This document shows positions 51,711 to 64,000 of a stretch of DNA of 64,000 nt, one piece after another. A program made the position numbers and the translations under genes. The stretch lies in assembly GCA_030265395.1 (NCBI GenBank), contig JARFYF010000051.1:21371545-21435544 (forward strand). Direction: 5' to 3'. The notes beneath the pieces are model-generated. The model had not been told where the DNA came from and searched no databases. It saw only the letters and a list, made by a program, of their open reading frames with translations. Source of the DNA: Rhina ancylostomus. Its lineage: Eukaryota. Position 1 is the stretch's first letter; each line of letters begins with the position of its first letter.

Positions 51711-52909
51711 GAAGTTTAGACAAAGAGCACTGCTTTTCTTCTGACTTCTGATAAATATTCTGCTCTCTTGATCAAATAAAAGAGAGTAATATGAGAAGTC
51801 TTAATTAGGAGCTATACCTTCTGAGGATAGCGGAAATTAATACATTTACAGTCCAAAATAGTCATAATTATCCATTTAAAATAGCAGTAGAATTTCTTAC
51901 CATTTATAGTAATTGTAACTGCTCCTGGAAACGATAGCTTAGTAGTAATCTCATTTTGTGATTGTCATGGAATATTATATAATGGGCCATATACACAACA
52001 TGTAACGATAATTGGAATTGGCTTCAAACAAGGGAAAAAATGTGCAAACAAAGTTCACACCTTAGTCTACAAAAATATAAGTTGATTTTGATCTGTTTGC
52101 CCCAGCACTCTGTCCGCGTGTTAAGACTCACGCTTAAAACCTACAAGCAACACTGTTCATGCAGAATAGAATGGAAGCATCTGTTCCAGTAAGAGAGCTG
52201 AAGCAGAAACAGCTGGGAGCGTGGGGGTCATTTGTCTGGCACTGGTATCCGAATGAGCACCAAATTCGTGCCTGGTATTAGAGTACGGGAGGCAAGTTAT
52301 TGAGATGATATCAATGCTAAAGATTGCTGTATAGCTAAACATTAATAAAAGGATCGTTGTATGACACATGCCTCAGTCATTATTCTTGGAACTAAATCCC
52401 AATATCCATTGACAAATGGGAAAATGTCATTTAAGTTTAAGTTCAATCCCCTGAGTCCACAGTTCATTTGAAGTGATTTCCTGAAGCAGTCTTAGTGTTC
52501 ATGGGTGACTGTAACATTAAGAACACTAAATGTTTCAGATGCCCTGGTTTAACAAAGGGGCAGCAGTCTTTGATCGCCATTATTGCTCCTTGTAATTGGC
52601 AGTAATCTCGGGATTTGCTCACCTGAATTTCTGAGTCAGCGAGTCATGGCTGGGCAGTTGGCTGAGGTCTGGCACTGGGCTACTAAATTTCAGCAGAGGC
52701 ACAGCGAACCCTCTCCACCGCTTTCATTTTTACTGAGGTGATCCACAGACCAGAGTGTCCTGCTACCCAGAGCAAAATTCGCCCCGATATGTTGGAAAGT
52801 GAAATGAAACAGTCGACCAAACACTCGAAGGCAGGCACTGGTGTCAACATGGGGATCTGTAGTCATGGGGGAAAATGGTCACCTTTTAAGCAACAGTTTA
52901 CAGCCTGGA

Positions 52910-53255
52910 TTCACCTTCTGGGAGAAGATACAGGAGCTTAAAAGGCCCACCTCAAGAACAGCTTCTTCCCTCCGCTCTCAGTCTTCTGAACCAATCACCA
53001 CTTTCCCATCTCACTCCCGCTAGTGCTGCCATTTTCTCCAACTTTGAATTTTACTGAAGTTATTCAGTTATTGTCACTTTAGCATTGCTTTTGTACTGCT
53101 TCTGATTGCACTACTAGCTTTACACCATTCTGTTGTTCTGTGCTTGTTGCTGTATTTATTGTTGTATTTATTATTTATTACATTGTGAGCTTCATGTGAG
53201 CAAGGAATTTCATTGCACCTTGGTGCATCCCACAATAAACTCATCTGAATCTTGA
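52910..53255 (+). mobile_element. Rex1/L2-type LINE 3' end
   Basis: ccttctgggagaagatacaggagc...caagaacagcttcttccc and tail ttcattgcacc...acaataaac...tgaatc. A related tail lies on the minus strand at 63660-63740. Confidence 0.55.
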
Positions 53256-53619
53256 AAAATTGTTTTATTTTTAACTCTTTCAGTTTCTGACTTAAACCCT
53301 CGGTTATTGCTTGGAATTTTCCTCAACCCATTGGTTTTGGTCGACTTTCAACGATGCCCTACCAGCTGTCCTGAATTCACTGACTGCCTTACACTGCCCC
53401 TGCACCACCCGGTTCAGATCTGCCCTGGGTGCTTCTGATACTTACTCTGCCACTTGTCATGATTCTGCCACTGGGAAGATATAATTGTCCGGAGTTGAAA
53501 ACTTAGGAAAACAGAAAACTGGGAAAAATGGGAAAGTCCCTTGAAATCAATAAAAATGTTTTGGCTGTTGTTGAACAAAGATGCTGTTAGAATAATATCT
53601 GTCCACAATTGTCTACTTA

Positions 53620-53880
53620 CATGAGTGGGGAGGTGATAAGAGTCAACCAGATCGATGCCCTTGGAGTCACTTTCAGGTCGGAATGGGTGAGGATTGGCAG
53701 ATTTCTTCCTTTGAAGGACATCTGTGGACTAGGCGAGTTGTTAAGATAATTCACTGTGGTCACCAGTTGCAAGACCAACTTTAATTTTAAATTACTTTGA
53801 CTTAAACTCCTCAACTACCATGGGACTGGAGCTCACATTGGTGGTCCTAGAACACTGGCTGCTTGTCCAGTGATGAACAA
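53620..53880 (-). mobile_element. Old SINE relic (same family as 17150-17500)
   Basis: Reverse complement gtccttcaaaggaagaaatctgccaatcctcacccattc...gtgactcca core. Confidence 0.45.
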
Positions 53881-53899
53881 TTAAATAGGCAATGAAAGG

Positions 53900-55520
53900 A
53901 GGAGGCTTCAAGAACATTCCCATCCTCTTAGATGGCAGGGCCCAACATGCAAATACTAAAGGAAAGATTTAAACATTTTCAGCTATGTTCAGCCGGAAGT
54001 GTCAAAGATATTCTTCTGCAATCCTCACCAACACAGAAGACAGTTTGCAGTTCATTTGATTTAATTCCACATGGTATCAAGAAACAGCTGAGACTGCTGG
54101 TTGTTATGACACTGATGGTTATGACACTGGCATCTACACAATAGTGTGGAAAATTGCACAGGTAGGTCCTGCTAACAAATATCAGAACAAATCCAATCTA
54201 ATTAATTACCACCAGTCTACTCACAATCATCAGCAAAGTGGCAGAAGCCAACATCAACAGTGCTGTCAAGCAACATTTACTCACAAACAATTGACTCACC
54301 AGAGCTCGGTTTGGGTTTTGCCAGAACCATTCGGCTCTAAGAACTCATCATAGCCTTGCTACAAACAAGGGCAAGTACCTAGAGGTGAGCTGAGACAGAG
54401 CACCTTGACATCAAGGCAACATCAAGAATCTCTGGTAAGACCAAATTCAATAGGCATGAAAGGGAATACACCAAGTGGAGTCATCCCGTGCACACAGGAA
54501 ATGGTTGAGGTTGTCAGAGGTCAGTCATCCCAGCTCCAGAAGATCATTGCAGTAGTTCCTCGGGGCAGTGTCCTTGGCTAAACCATCTGCATTTGCTTCA
54601 TCAATGATCCTTTTTCCATCAAAAGTTCAAAAGTGGTGATGTCTACTGATGATTGTTCAATGTCCAATTCACAACTCCTTAGCAAATGAAGCAGTCCATG
54701 CCTGTATTCAGCAAGGCACAGACAGCATTCAGGCATGGGTTGATAAGCGACAATGACCATCCCCAACAGGAGAGAGTTTGACCATCTACCCTTGACATTC
54801 AATGCTACTACCATTGTCAATTCCCCCACCATCAACATCTTGGGTGGTGGGGGGTGGTATTGGAGGAGTAGGGGTGGGGAAGGGTGATCAACATTGACCA
54901 GAAATTCAGCCGGACCAAGCATAAATACGATGAATCCAAGAAGAAGTCAGAGGCTGGGTAGCCTGTGGGGTGTGTCTCACCTCCTGACACACAAAGGCCT
55001 CTCCATCATCCACAAGGCACAAATTCGGAGTGCCATGGAATACTTTCCACTTACTGGGAAGAGTACAGAACCATCAACTCTCAAGAAGCTCAACATAATC
55101 CAGGACAAAGTGAATCCAGGACAGCTTGATTGGTACCCTTCAAGCTCCCTAAGCATTCCCTCCCTCCACCACTGGCAGACAAAGGCTTCAATGTGGATCA
55201 TCTACAAAATGTATTGCATTTACTCCATCAGGCTACTTCAACAGCACCTCCTAAACCCAGAAGGATAAGGGCACCTGGCAATTGGGACCACCATCACCAG
55301 TAGAATCCTCTCCAGGTTGCACACCTTCCTAAAAACATGATGCTTCTGGTCCATCATCTCTGGGTCTCAGTCCTGGAATTCCCTCTCCAAAAGCACTATG
55401 GGAGGACCTTCACCAGAGGACTGTGGCTGTTCAAGAAGGAGACTCACCACTACCTTCTCAAGAACAATTAGGAATGGATAACAAATGCTGGCCATGCCAC
55501 TGATGCCTCGATCCAAAACT
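53900..55520 (+). mobile_element. Decayed L2/CR1-group LINE (RT and 3' tail)
   Basis: WKIAQV.P..K...NY; VPRGSVLG; HKAQIRSAMEY; tail aattaggaatggataacaaatgctggcc.tgcca. Confidence 0.75.
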
Positions 55521-56299
55521 GAATTAAATTAGGAAATTAGCCACAACACTAACAGGATATCTGCTGGCTCTGGATCACTTTCAGCCTGCACCACCAGACC
55601 CTTACTACATTCAGTATTCCAACTGTGTGCAAGTAAAGTAATAACATTTAAAATAGGATATTACCAACATCAGAACAAAAAGTAACTGGCAGTTTTTGTT
55701 GCTCTAATTCATTCTATAATGGACTCCACTATTTGTGCTGTTTGTTGAATTACAGTTCTGTCAGTTGTGTGCACTTAGGTTTTCTCGAACTGAGAGCTCT
55801 GTAAAAAATACTTCAAGAGCTGTATTCTCTCCATTTCCATGGAGGAAGAATCACTGATCCCTCCAGTCATAATGCCCTGAAAGAGCAAAAGAAGAAATAT
55901 CAGGGTGGAGCAGCAGGTTGTGACGATGGTGGAGCTCAGTTTTCAGAGGTTAGAAATAAACATCATGTAATTCTCCAAAATGGCCTTGGACACCATTCAA
56001 GGTTATGAGATTGCTTGACCTTTTGAAATTATACATACATTTCAATATCATATATTATGATAATTAAAATTTTTAAGTGCAGCCTGACTAATGACATAGG
56101 TGCAAGAAGAAGCTATTTGGCTCATCCAGTTTATCACTTCAAGACCACAGATATTTTTGAGCATTGTTCAGAATATGCTGGGGGGCAAATTGACAGTTCC
56201 AGAAAAAATTGCTGGCTTGTTGCAGTGTGTTCTGGAATTCCACTCCTGTGTACTGCTGTGTGGGAATTGGGAAGTGGGGGAGCCCAAGTCTACACACTT

Positions 56300-56750
56300 C
56301 TAGAACATAAAACATAGAACCATAGAACAATACACACAATACAGGGCCTTTGGCCCACCGTGTTGTGCCGCCCATCAAACCACACCTCCCACCATCTAAC
56401 CCTTTCCTCCCGCATATCCCTCCAACCCACACACCTCCACATGCCTATCCAACAACCTCTTGAACCTGTCCAAAGTATCTGCCTCCACCACCACCCCAGG
56501 CAGCGCATTCCATGCACCTACCACTCTCTGGGTGAAAAGCCTCCCTCTGACACTCTCCCCTGAACATTCCCCATATTATTTTAAAGCGATGCCTTCTTGT
56601 CTTGAGCACTGGTGCCCTGGGGAAAGTGGCGCTGGCTGTCTACATTTTATACACCTCTGTCATGTCTCCCCTCATCCTCCTCCTCTCCAGTGAATGAAAC
56701 CCGAGCACCTTAAGCCTCTCTTCATATTCCATACTCTCTAGTCCAGGCAG
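56300..56750 (-). mobile_element. CR1 3' fragment with (GTTCTAT)n-like tail; an opposite-strand CR1 piece follows (56750-57065)
   Basis: tagaacataaaacatagaaccatagaacaatac tail, ggcctttggccc and ccaccacc..ggcagcgcattcca. Confidence 0.8.
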
Positions 56751-57669
56751 AGTTATGAAGGGTTGTGATAGAGCAAATAAGGGAGAAAATAAGGAGAAAT
56801 TATTTCCATTAGTGGGAAGGATTTAATGGCCTCCTACTATGTTTTAAAGATTTTACCAGAATGCTGGTACCCCGAAGAATAAAGATTTAGAACAATTGGT
56901 AGAAGACCCAGAGAGAAAATAAAGGGTGGAGTTAGCTGTTAGAATTTGGAATGCACTGACTGAACCAGTAGTGGCAGCAAGTTCAGTGGCAGCTTTCAAA
57001 GTGGAATAGGATGTAGTATTGAAGAGTGAAAAATAAATGCAGGGCGATGGAGAATGTGTGGGACAATGAGTCTATGTTTCTTGATGTAATCCTGAGTGCA
57101 ATCAATCCATGAAGAATTTGTTTCCCAAAAATTCATTTCCAATTGGTAACACTAAACATGCTATACTGCAGTTCCAACTGTTATACTCAGTCTCTGAAAT
57201 TCTGAAATCAATGGAATCAATTTCAGAGGCAGAGTACAATGTGTTGCAAAGCACGTTCACTGCTGCTGATCACAGATAAATTTATAGGTTGTAGTGTTGT
57301 ATGTTTTTTTCTGTTGCTGTTCATAAAGACAAGTAACCAAGGATAGAGCTACCATCAACATATCCTTTATTGAACATAGTTGACACTCAATGAGCAGCAG
57401 AGACTGCAATATACCAAAAGTCATGCCACGTGCAGTTCATGATCGAGCATGCGGAATACTCTCATTGTGTTCTCCATCTGAAACCATCAATCCCAATCTT
57501 TTAACCCCCTTCTGGCTCACCTTCTTTCCTTCCTCCAAAGTTAAGCCATATCATACTCAGCCAAGTTTGTCATCACTGACCTGTCAGCAGCTCAGTTGGA
57601 GAATACCCCATGATGTGCCCACAAACAGAGGCATCAGACAACAACCATAATACGTTTTTTGGATGAGAA

Positions 57670-59015
57670 ACAAATGACTACAGATGCTGGAATCTAGATG
57701 GAAAAACAACAAGATGCTGGAGGAACTCAGCAGGCCAGGCAGCATCCATGGAGAAAAGCAGACAGTTAATGTTTTGGGTCAGGACCCTTCTTCAGGAAGA
57801 TAGGAAAAGGGGAAGCCCAATATATAGGGGGTAAAAGCAGAGCAGTGATAGGTGGACAGAGGGGAGATGGGGTGGGCACAAGGTGGTGATAGGTAGATGC
57901 AGTTAAGAGATAGTGATAGGCAGATGTGGGGGAAGAAGGGCGAACTGATCCACCAGGGGATGGGTCTTCATGACCACTGTTGTCAAGAGAACTCACATCC
58001 GCATCTCTGTCATTTCCTGCACCTCTGCTCTCACCCCCATCCCTCCCTCACCCAACAGGGATAGAGTCCCCCTTGTCCTCACATTTCATCCCACCAGCCT
58101 ACATATCCAACACATCCTTCTCCACTACTTCCGCCATCTCCAGCGGGACCCCACCACCAAGCACACCTTCCTCTCCCCACTCCTTTCTGCCTTTCACAGG
58201 GACTGCTCTCTTTGTGACTCCCTAGTTCACTCCTCCCTCTCACCCATCCCACTCCCACCATGGGGACTTTCCACTGCCCCTGCCATAGGTGCAACACCTG
58301 CCCCTGCATCACTTCCATCACTTCCATCCAGGGACCCAAACAGTTCTTCCAGGTGAGTCAGAGATTCACCTGCACTTCCCTTAATATTATCTACTGCAAT
58401 CAGTGCTCCAAGTATGGCCTCCTCTATATTGGTGAGATCAAATGCAGACTAGGTGACCATTTCCTAGAGCACTTGCGCTTCGTCCATAACCACAATCTGC
58501 ATCTCCCCTGTGCCAGTCACTTCAACTCTTCCTCCCACTCCATCACAGATATGTTAGTCCTTCGCCCCCTCCATAGTCAGGAGAAGTCCAAACACAAAAT
58601 GGAGGAACAGCACCTCATTTTCCATCTTGGGACCTTACAGCCTAATATCATGTACATTGAATTCTCCCACTTCAAGTAAACTAAACCCCACCACCCCCGC
58701 GCCTCTTCTTTTCTTCTCTGTCCTCACCAATCTCTCTTTTTTTCCTCCCCTCCCCCCATGGGGCACCTGCCTCCGTACCTTTGACACATCCCCTAGTCGA
58801 TCTGCTCTCCCCTCCTCCCCTGTATTTGCCTATCACTATCTCTTACCTGAATCTACTTGTCACCACCTTGTACCGACCCCGCCTCCCCACTTTTGTCCAC
58901 CTATCACTGCTCTGCTTTTTCCTTCTATATATTGGGCTTCCCCTTTTCCTATCTTCAGTCCTGAAGAAGGGTCCTGACCCATGGATGCTGCTTGGCCTGC
59001 TGAATCCAACATCTT
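57670..59015 (+). mobile_element. 5'-truncated Penelope-like element with GIY-YIG endonuclease and an inverted terminal-repeat copy
   Basis: RVPLVLTFHP..., C..C..CNTC, FTCTSLNIIYC..C....LYIGE, RLGDHFLEH, SHFN, EEQHLIFHLGTLQP. 57775-57965 is the reverse complement of 58785-58980. Confidence 0.92.
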
Positions 59016-59029
59016 GTTTTTTTTCCACT

Positions 59030-60264
59030 TTTTTTCTGATCACAGTGGACCAAAAAAGATGCACTACTGCACTGATATAATTGCCATTGCTCTTCACCTC
59101 GGAGCTAGGACTCCATTTTGTGTAATAATTTATGAAGGGAATTCAATATAATGGCCAAATTCAGTAAAACTTTCACGCAATATTGCAACATTTTAAGGAA
59201 AAAGGGAGGCTCAGTAAAGTTACATGATTGTCTAGCATCCACCTATTGTTGCTCTCTTAACTTGAGAGGCAGGCCTCTCCTCTTTCTTGCCAATTTGGAA
59301 GCAAAGTAGACAATTCCAAGTGGCATGTTTCACTTTAGCTATAAGTACCTTTCCCAACCTTTTCAAATCACAGTGAGACACCCTGGGATTCTCTAAAATC
59401 TTTCATCCATTTTGGACTGAAATGTCTGAGGTAATGACTCCAACGCCATATGGCAGCTTAGTATAAGCAGGTGATCCCTTCTGGGTGTTAATGGTCAGGT
59501 AGCTCCGACTCCCTGAATCCACAGTCATCTGAGCATGAAATTGATTCGGGTACAGCTCACTAAAATATTCTGAACCTGTCAGCTCCTGTGAGGGGAGCAG
59601 TGGGTGCTGCTCATCATCAATCGTTCTATTCAGAGCGACCTTGCAGTTGCACTGTTTTGTTGACCCTGGGGACCACCAGTGACGTTACCCAATTATTATC
59701 TTGAACACTGACCAACAACCCATTCTTTTTCAACTTGTGCAATTCCTCCTTCAGTTCTCCCCAAGAGTGTGCAAAATCTCACCAGAGTGCAGTCACAGGC
59801 TACCAGTGGAGACACACTGAACAGCAGCTCGGTTATATTGTTAAACATTGACAGACAATCTGCACTCATGTTGATCAACATCCTCACCAAAGGACTGTTT
59901 ATCCTACCAAGCGTGCTGCATATCCTCATCCACAAATGTAAAAATATCGTTAATCTTTGGAGCTGCCCAGTGCACTTGCAGTTCCACTGTCTGCGGAGGT
60001 TGCTTACCATGATGGCTGTGTGTTTTTTCTCGCCTTTCTGACCCTTATGACCAAAGGATTTGCTGAACTCACTTTCTGTGACCACATGACATGATGTAGT
60101 GACCAAAGGAGGAGACCCAATGGCCAAATTCTGTAAAACGTTCGAGCAATATTGCAGCATTTTAAGGAAAAAGGGAGGCTCAGTGAAGTTACATGATTAT
60201 CTAGCATCCACCTATTGTTGCTCCCTTAACTTGAGAGGCCTCTCCTCATTCTTGTCAAGTTGTT
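59030..60264 (-). mobile_element. Decayed Ty3/Gypsy LTR-retrotransposon pol (RT) fragment with internal duplication
   Basis: Manual minus-strand translation with frame changes: ELKEELHKLKKNGLLVSV...WVTSLVV, KVALN...EQHPL, YFSEL...SRSYLTINTQKG..YTKLPYGV, FQSKMDE, FLKMLQY...LNLA. Confidence 0.75.
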
Positions 60265-60364
60265 NNNNNNNNNNNNNNNNNNNNNNNNNNNNNNNNNNNN
60301 NNNNNNNNNNNNNNNNNNNNNNNNNNNNNNNNNNNNNNNNNNNNNNNNNNNNNNNNNNNNNNNN

Positions 60365-61200
60365 AAGACAAGTTTTTCTAAAGTTGCAGAGATGGGGAGA
60401 AGTGGAGAGGCCAAAGGGACTGCCTGTGACACAATAGAGACCAAGATTGTCCACATAACACAATGGATTCTGGTGCTGTCCTACAGAGGGAAATGACTGC
60501 TTGTTAATCACAGCTGATCTGGCTGGTAAATCTATCAGTAGCTGATAAACACAGGAAGATGAATGAGGGCAGTGGAGAGAAAAAAATGCTGGAACTATAA
60601 GATGCAGAACACAGAAGTTTCTAGAAATCTGAAATAAAAAAGAACTGCACATACCGACAGATCAGGTAGCATCAGTGAAGAAAGGAAGACTGAGTTAATG
60701 TGTCAGGTGGATGACTTTTCATCAGCTGGCCAGTTCTGGTACAACAGGAAAGACTGTTACCTGAAATTTTTGAATTCAATATCGAGTCCCAAGGGTTAAA
60801 GCAGCCCTGGATGGAAGATGAGGCTCTGTTCCCCAAGCTGTGTCTCTTATTTCATATTTCCAGCAACTACTGTGTTCTGCATCTCACAGTTTCCAGCTAT
60901 TTCTTTCTCCATTGCCCACATTCATCTTCCTTCATTTACATTCCCCAGAGAGACCATCTATGATTAACACGTATTCACCTCCCTCTCTTAAAAAGCAGCA
61001 GAAGCAACTATATCACTTGGATAATCTTGTTCTCTGCCCAATCACAAACTTCCCTTTGTCGCTCCACCTCTCCCACTCTCTGCAACTGAAAACATGTTTG
61101 TTTTCTCATTGTTCCAGTTCTGATGAAGGGGTATTGATTTGTTTCTCTCCTTCTACATATGCTGCCTGACCTGCTGAGTATCCCCCACAATTTATTTTAT
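60365..61200 (-). mobile_element. Old Penelope-like 3' end with inverted repeat
   Basis: Minus strand 60755-60840 reads EQSLIFHPGLL*PLGLDIEFKNFR* (GIY-YIG C-terminus). 60365-60640 is an inverted copy of ~60846-61100. Confidence 0.7.
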
Positions 61201-64000
61201 TACAGTTTATCTCTGACCCCTTAGCTCTGTGCCATCCATGCTGACACATTGAGTGCAGCGCCCTTCATTTGAATAGGGTAGCCAACCTTCGCTTAACGGG
61301 TTAGTTTCTTGCCTTTTTATTATTATTTCACAGTATATTTATTATTAATTAAAGCAGTTTAATGTGATTTTAAACAAGTTTCTAAGTTATTTTAGAATAT
61401 TTTTAAATGATTTAATTATCTTAACTGTTTCTAAAGATTGTTAATCATCAGAGCATGAGCTGTCAGTAGGCCAGCAGGATCGTTCATAACTTGGTTAATA
61501 CTACCCACAACCGAGTCATTACTGCAGCCCATTGTGGCTCATGGAAGGGCTATCGCAGGGATAATAACAGTGTGTTGGAAGCTCTGCAGCCTCAAACATT
61601 TGGTGTGACTGTAGGGTAAATGGTGCTGGTCCATGTGAGGACTTGGTTAGCATCAGTACAATCCAGTCTGTCATTTCTAAGCATTGTTCAATGTGATAAC
61701 TACTCTCTATCTGTGGATGAATAAGAATTAAGATCTAACTAATGTAATTTCTCATTGATAAATAAAAAAATAACCAATAAATGCCATTCCTGGGCATGTG
61801 ATTACCAGTTGTATTCACGTTGTGCATCCTTCTGTACTTTAATCTCACAATTACTTTTTTGGTAAAATAAGAAGACAAAAACAAGTGCTTTTTAATCATT
61901 GCATCATTCACTCTCACCTACAGAGCGAAGAATAATGTTTCAAAGGATATTTTCATTACCATATCTGGAGTCAACAGCAATTTTAATTGCACAAGATTTT
62001 CTAAGAAATCTGCTGCTTTTTGCAGAATTTGAAATTGATTGACCGCCCCTTTAATTCCTTCAGTGAAAGCAATAACTATTACAATGTATAGTACAAATGT
62101 ATTTCTAAAGCAAACCTTTAATTGTGGCTATCTCTGTCGTTACATTTGTTGACCATTCTATTCTCTGTTCCACAACAGTCTGCCTTTTAATATTGAATAA
62201 AAACACCCAAAGCTATTTTGAGGAGAAACTATGATAAAAGATTTAGGGGAGGTACCAGAAAATGACCATAAAGTAATCATAAAGGTTATAGTGAGGCACA
62301 AAGAATTGGAGAACCTTTACAGGGAAACTCCACTGAAAGGGTCAAAGTGGTTGAAGGCTTTGCCATTATTAGTGAGCCAAAGAAATGGGGCACTAGAGGA
62401 AAATGGGGTGGTGGGGCATTGCTGGTACAATTACAAAATAAAACTAGAGTCACAGAATCAGAGGGTGCGGCTGGAGATGTAAGGCAACAAGATTAAGGTA
62501 CATGGATGCACGGCAGGTATGCTGTCAAAGAAAGTTTGTCAAAGACACATAAGAAGGTTATGAAGCAGATGACCAAGCAAAAGCTTGGTCAAAGAGATGG
62601 ATTTTAAGGACCTTTTTAAATGGAGGGAACTCTTGAGCTTTGGGACATGACAGCCAATAGTGCAGAGATTAAGTTTGGGGATGTTCACAGGTGGGCAAAG
62701 GCAGTGGGAGCATTTGAAAATAGTGATGAAGGGTTTAACTTCAGATTATTGGGAGCAGATCATAAGTGCTCCTCAGTGAGAGTAGTTAGTTAGTGAACAA
62801 GCAGCTACACAGAAAAAACTAGAGCACTTATCTCCCCCTTAAAAGTTTCTTTTCCAAATACACCTCCTGTACTGAGACCACTTCGGGCCAGCTACACAGA
62901 CTGCTGGTCCCCCTCTTGCTCCCCCAGTTCCCTCCATAACCACCAAGCACACAAACAGACCCAGAGAATGTGTTAACCTCTTTGTTGGAGTTGTCTTATT
63001 AAAACATAAATTATTTTATTTAAACGTGATATTATGAATATAATTCTGGCCCAATGAGAAAAATAAACATGAAAATGAAACTGCAATGCCAATTTATGAC
63101 TGGATCATTTCATTTCTGATTTACCATTTTCCAGTTTAGCTTAAACCCAGTTCAGATGTCTTATCCCATTCCTCTCACCAAATCTCTCACTTGCCCCCCC
63201 AATATTCTTTTTCTCTCTCTTTCACTCTCTCTCTCTCGATAGCAAGGATTTAATCTAAACTGTGTTTACACAATCAAAGCCCAAATGCCAAGTTTACAAC
63301 CCAAAATTACAAGCACATGGTGTGAATTAGTACAATCACACTGGTATACCTCAGACTGCTTCACTGAGCAAGGGCTTCAGGTGTTGAGTGGAAGGAACTT
63401 TACTCTGCATCTGACTGGTCCTGCCTCAATCAGACTGATGTAGATACTTGGTACTCACATTAAACTATTCTTTCACCTAGTTCCTTGATGAGTAAACAAA
63501 GCATGGCAAGATCCAATCACAGCTGTGGCTGAACTAGCCATACATGTTTTTAAATTATTGTATGAAAATACTTCTTCTCTCTTCCTGAGCTAATTGTTTA
63601 CAGTGACTGATATCCTATCCATCAGCTTCCAAACACACAGAAACTGAGAGCGGGTTAGAGTCAAAGTCAAAGTTGAGTTTATTGTCATTTGCAGAAGTAC
63701 ACATATACACAGGTGCAATGAAAAGCTTTCTTACCAGCACATAGCATCATATAAGCAGCATTCACAAGAAAAACAGAAGTTAAACATAAATTATACACAA
63801 TTTTCATAAGAAAGAACACAATTTATGGTGAGGAAATAAATACAATAGGGATGGTTACCAATGAAGTGAGAGGAACTGCTATTAAAGTGAGTTAGACTCA
63901 ATGTACTGTATCATTGCCCATTTTATCTGTTTAAAAAGAGGGATCTGGAGACAATGATACGTTGCAAGAACCAAATGGAATAGGGATTGCTTATATCACT

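Noticed and set aside
52632-52646. Tandem AP-1-like sites (TGAGTCA/CGAGTCA) ~8 kb upstream
   Set aside because: Short motifs like these are expected by chance, and no conservation or chromatin evidence is available.

Overview
AT-rich vertebrate genomic DNA from a gapped draft assembly. It is almost certainly a cartilaginous fish (shark/ray), judged by the HE1/V-SINE, CR1 and Penelope repeat content. The only gene found is a minus-strand HGF-family gene (plasminogen-related growth factor), rebuilt by hand: 17 coding exons (exons 2-18, 42274 to 4926) with canonical AG/GT ends and consistent phases, giving an uninterrupted ~699-codon frame of PAN/N domain, four kringles, the KRLR|IVHG activation site and a dead serine-protease domain. 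Exon 1 (signal peptide) probably runs into the assembly gap at 44105-44204. The rest is intron and upstream DNA filled with CR1, RTE, L2/Rex1, Penelope-like (GIY-YIG) and Gypsy relics and SINEs. The most notable observations are: (i) a divergent HGF with some MST1-like residues and extra cysteines; (ii) a possible NK2-type intronic truncation; (iii) a CpG-rich composite insertion with a CR1 tail in intron 3; (iv) a dispersed family of minimal hammerhead-ribozyme motifs at Penelope termini, including a palindromic head-to-head pair. I see no CRISPR or prokaryotic system and no firm evidence of a wholly new biological system. Comparisons to human HGF/MST1 are from memory, not from a database search.
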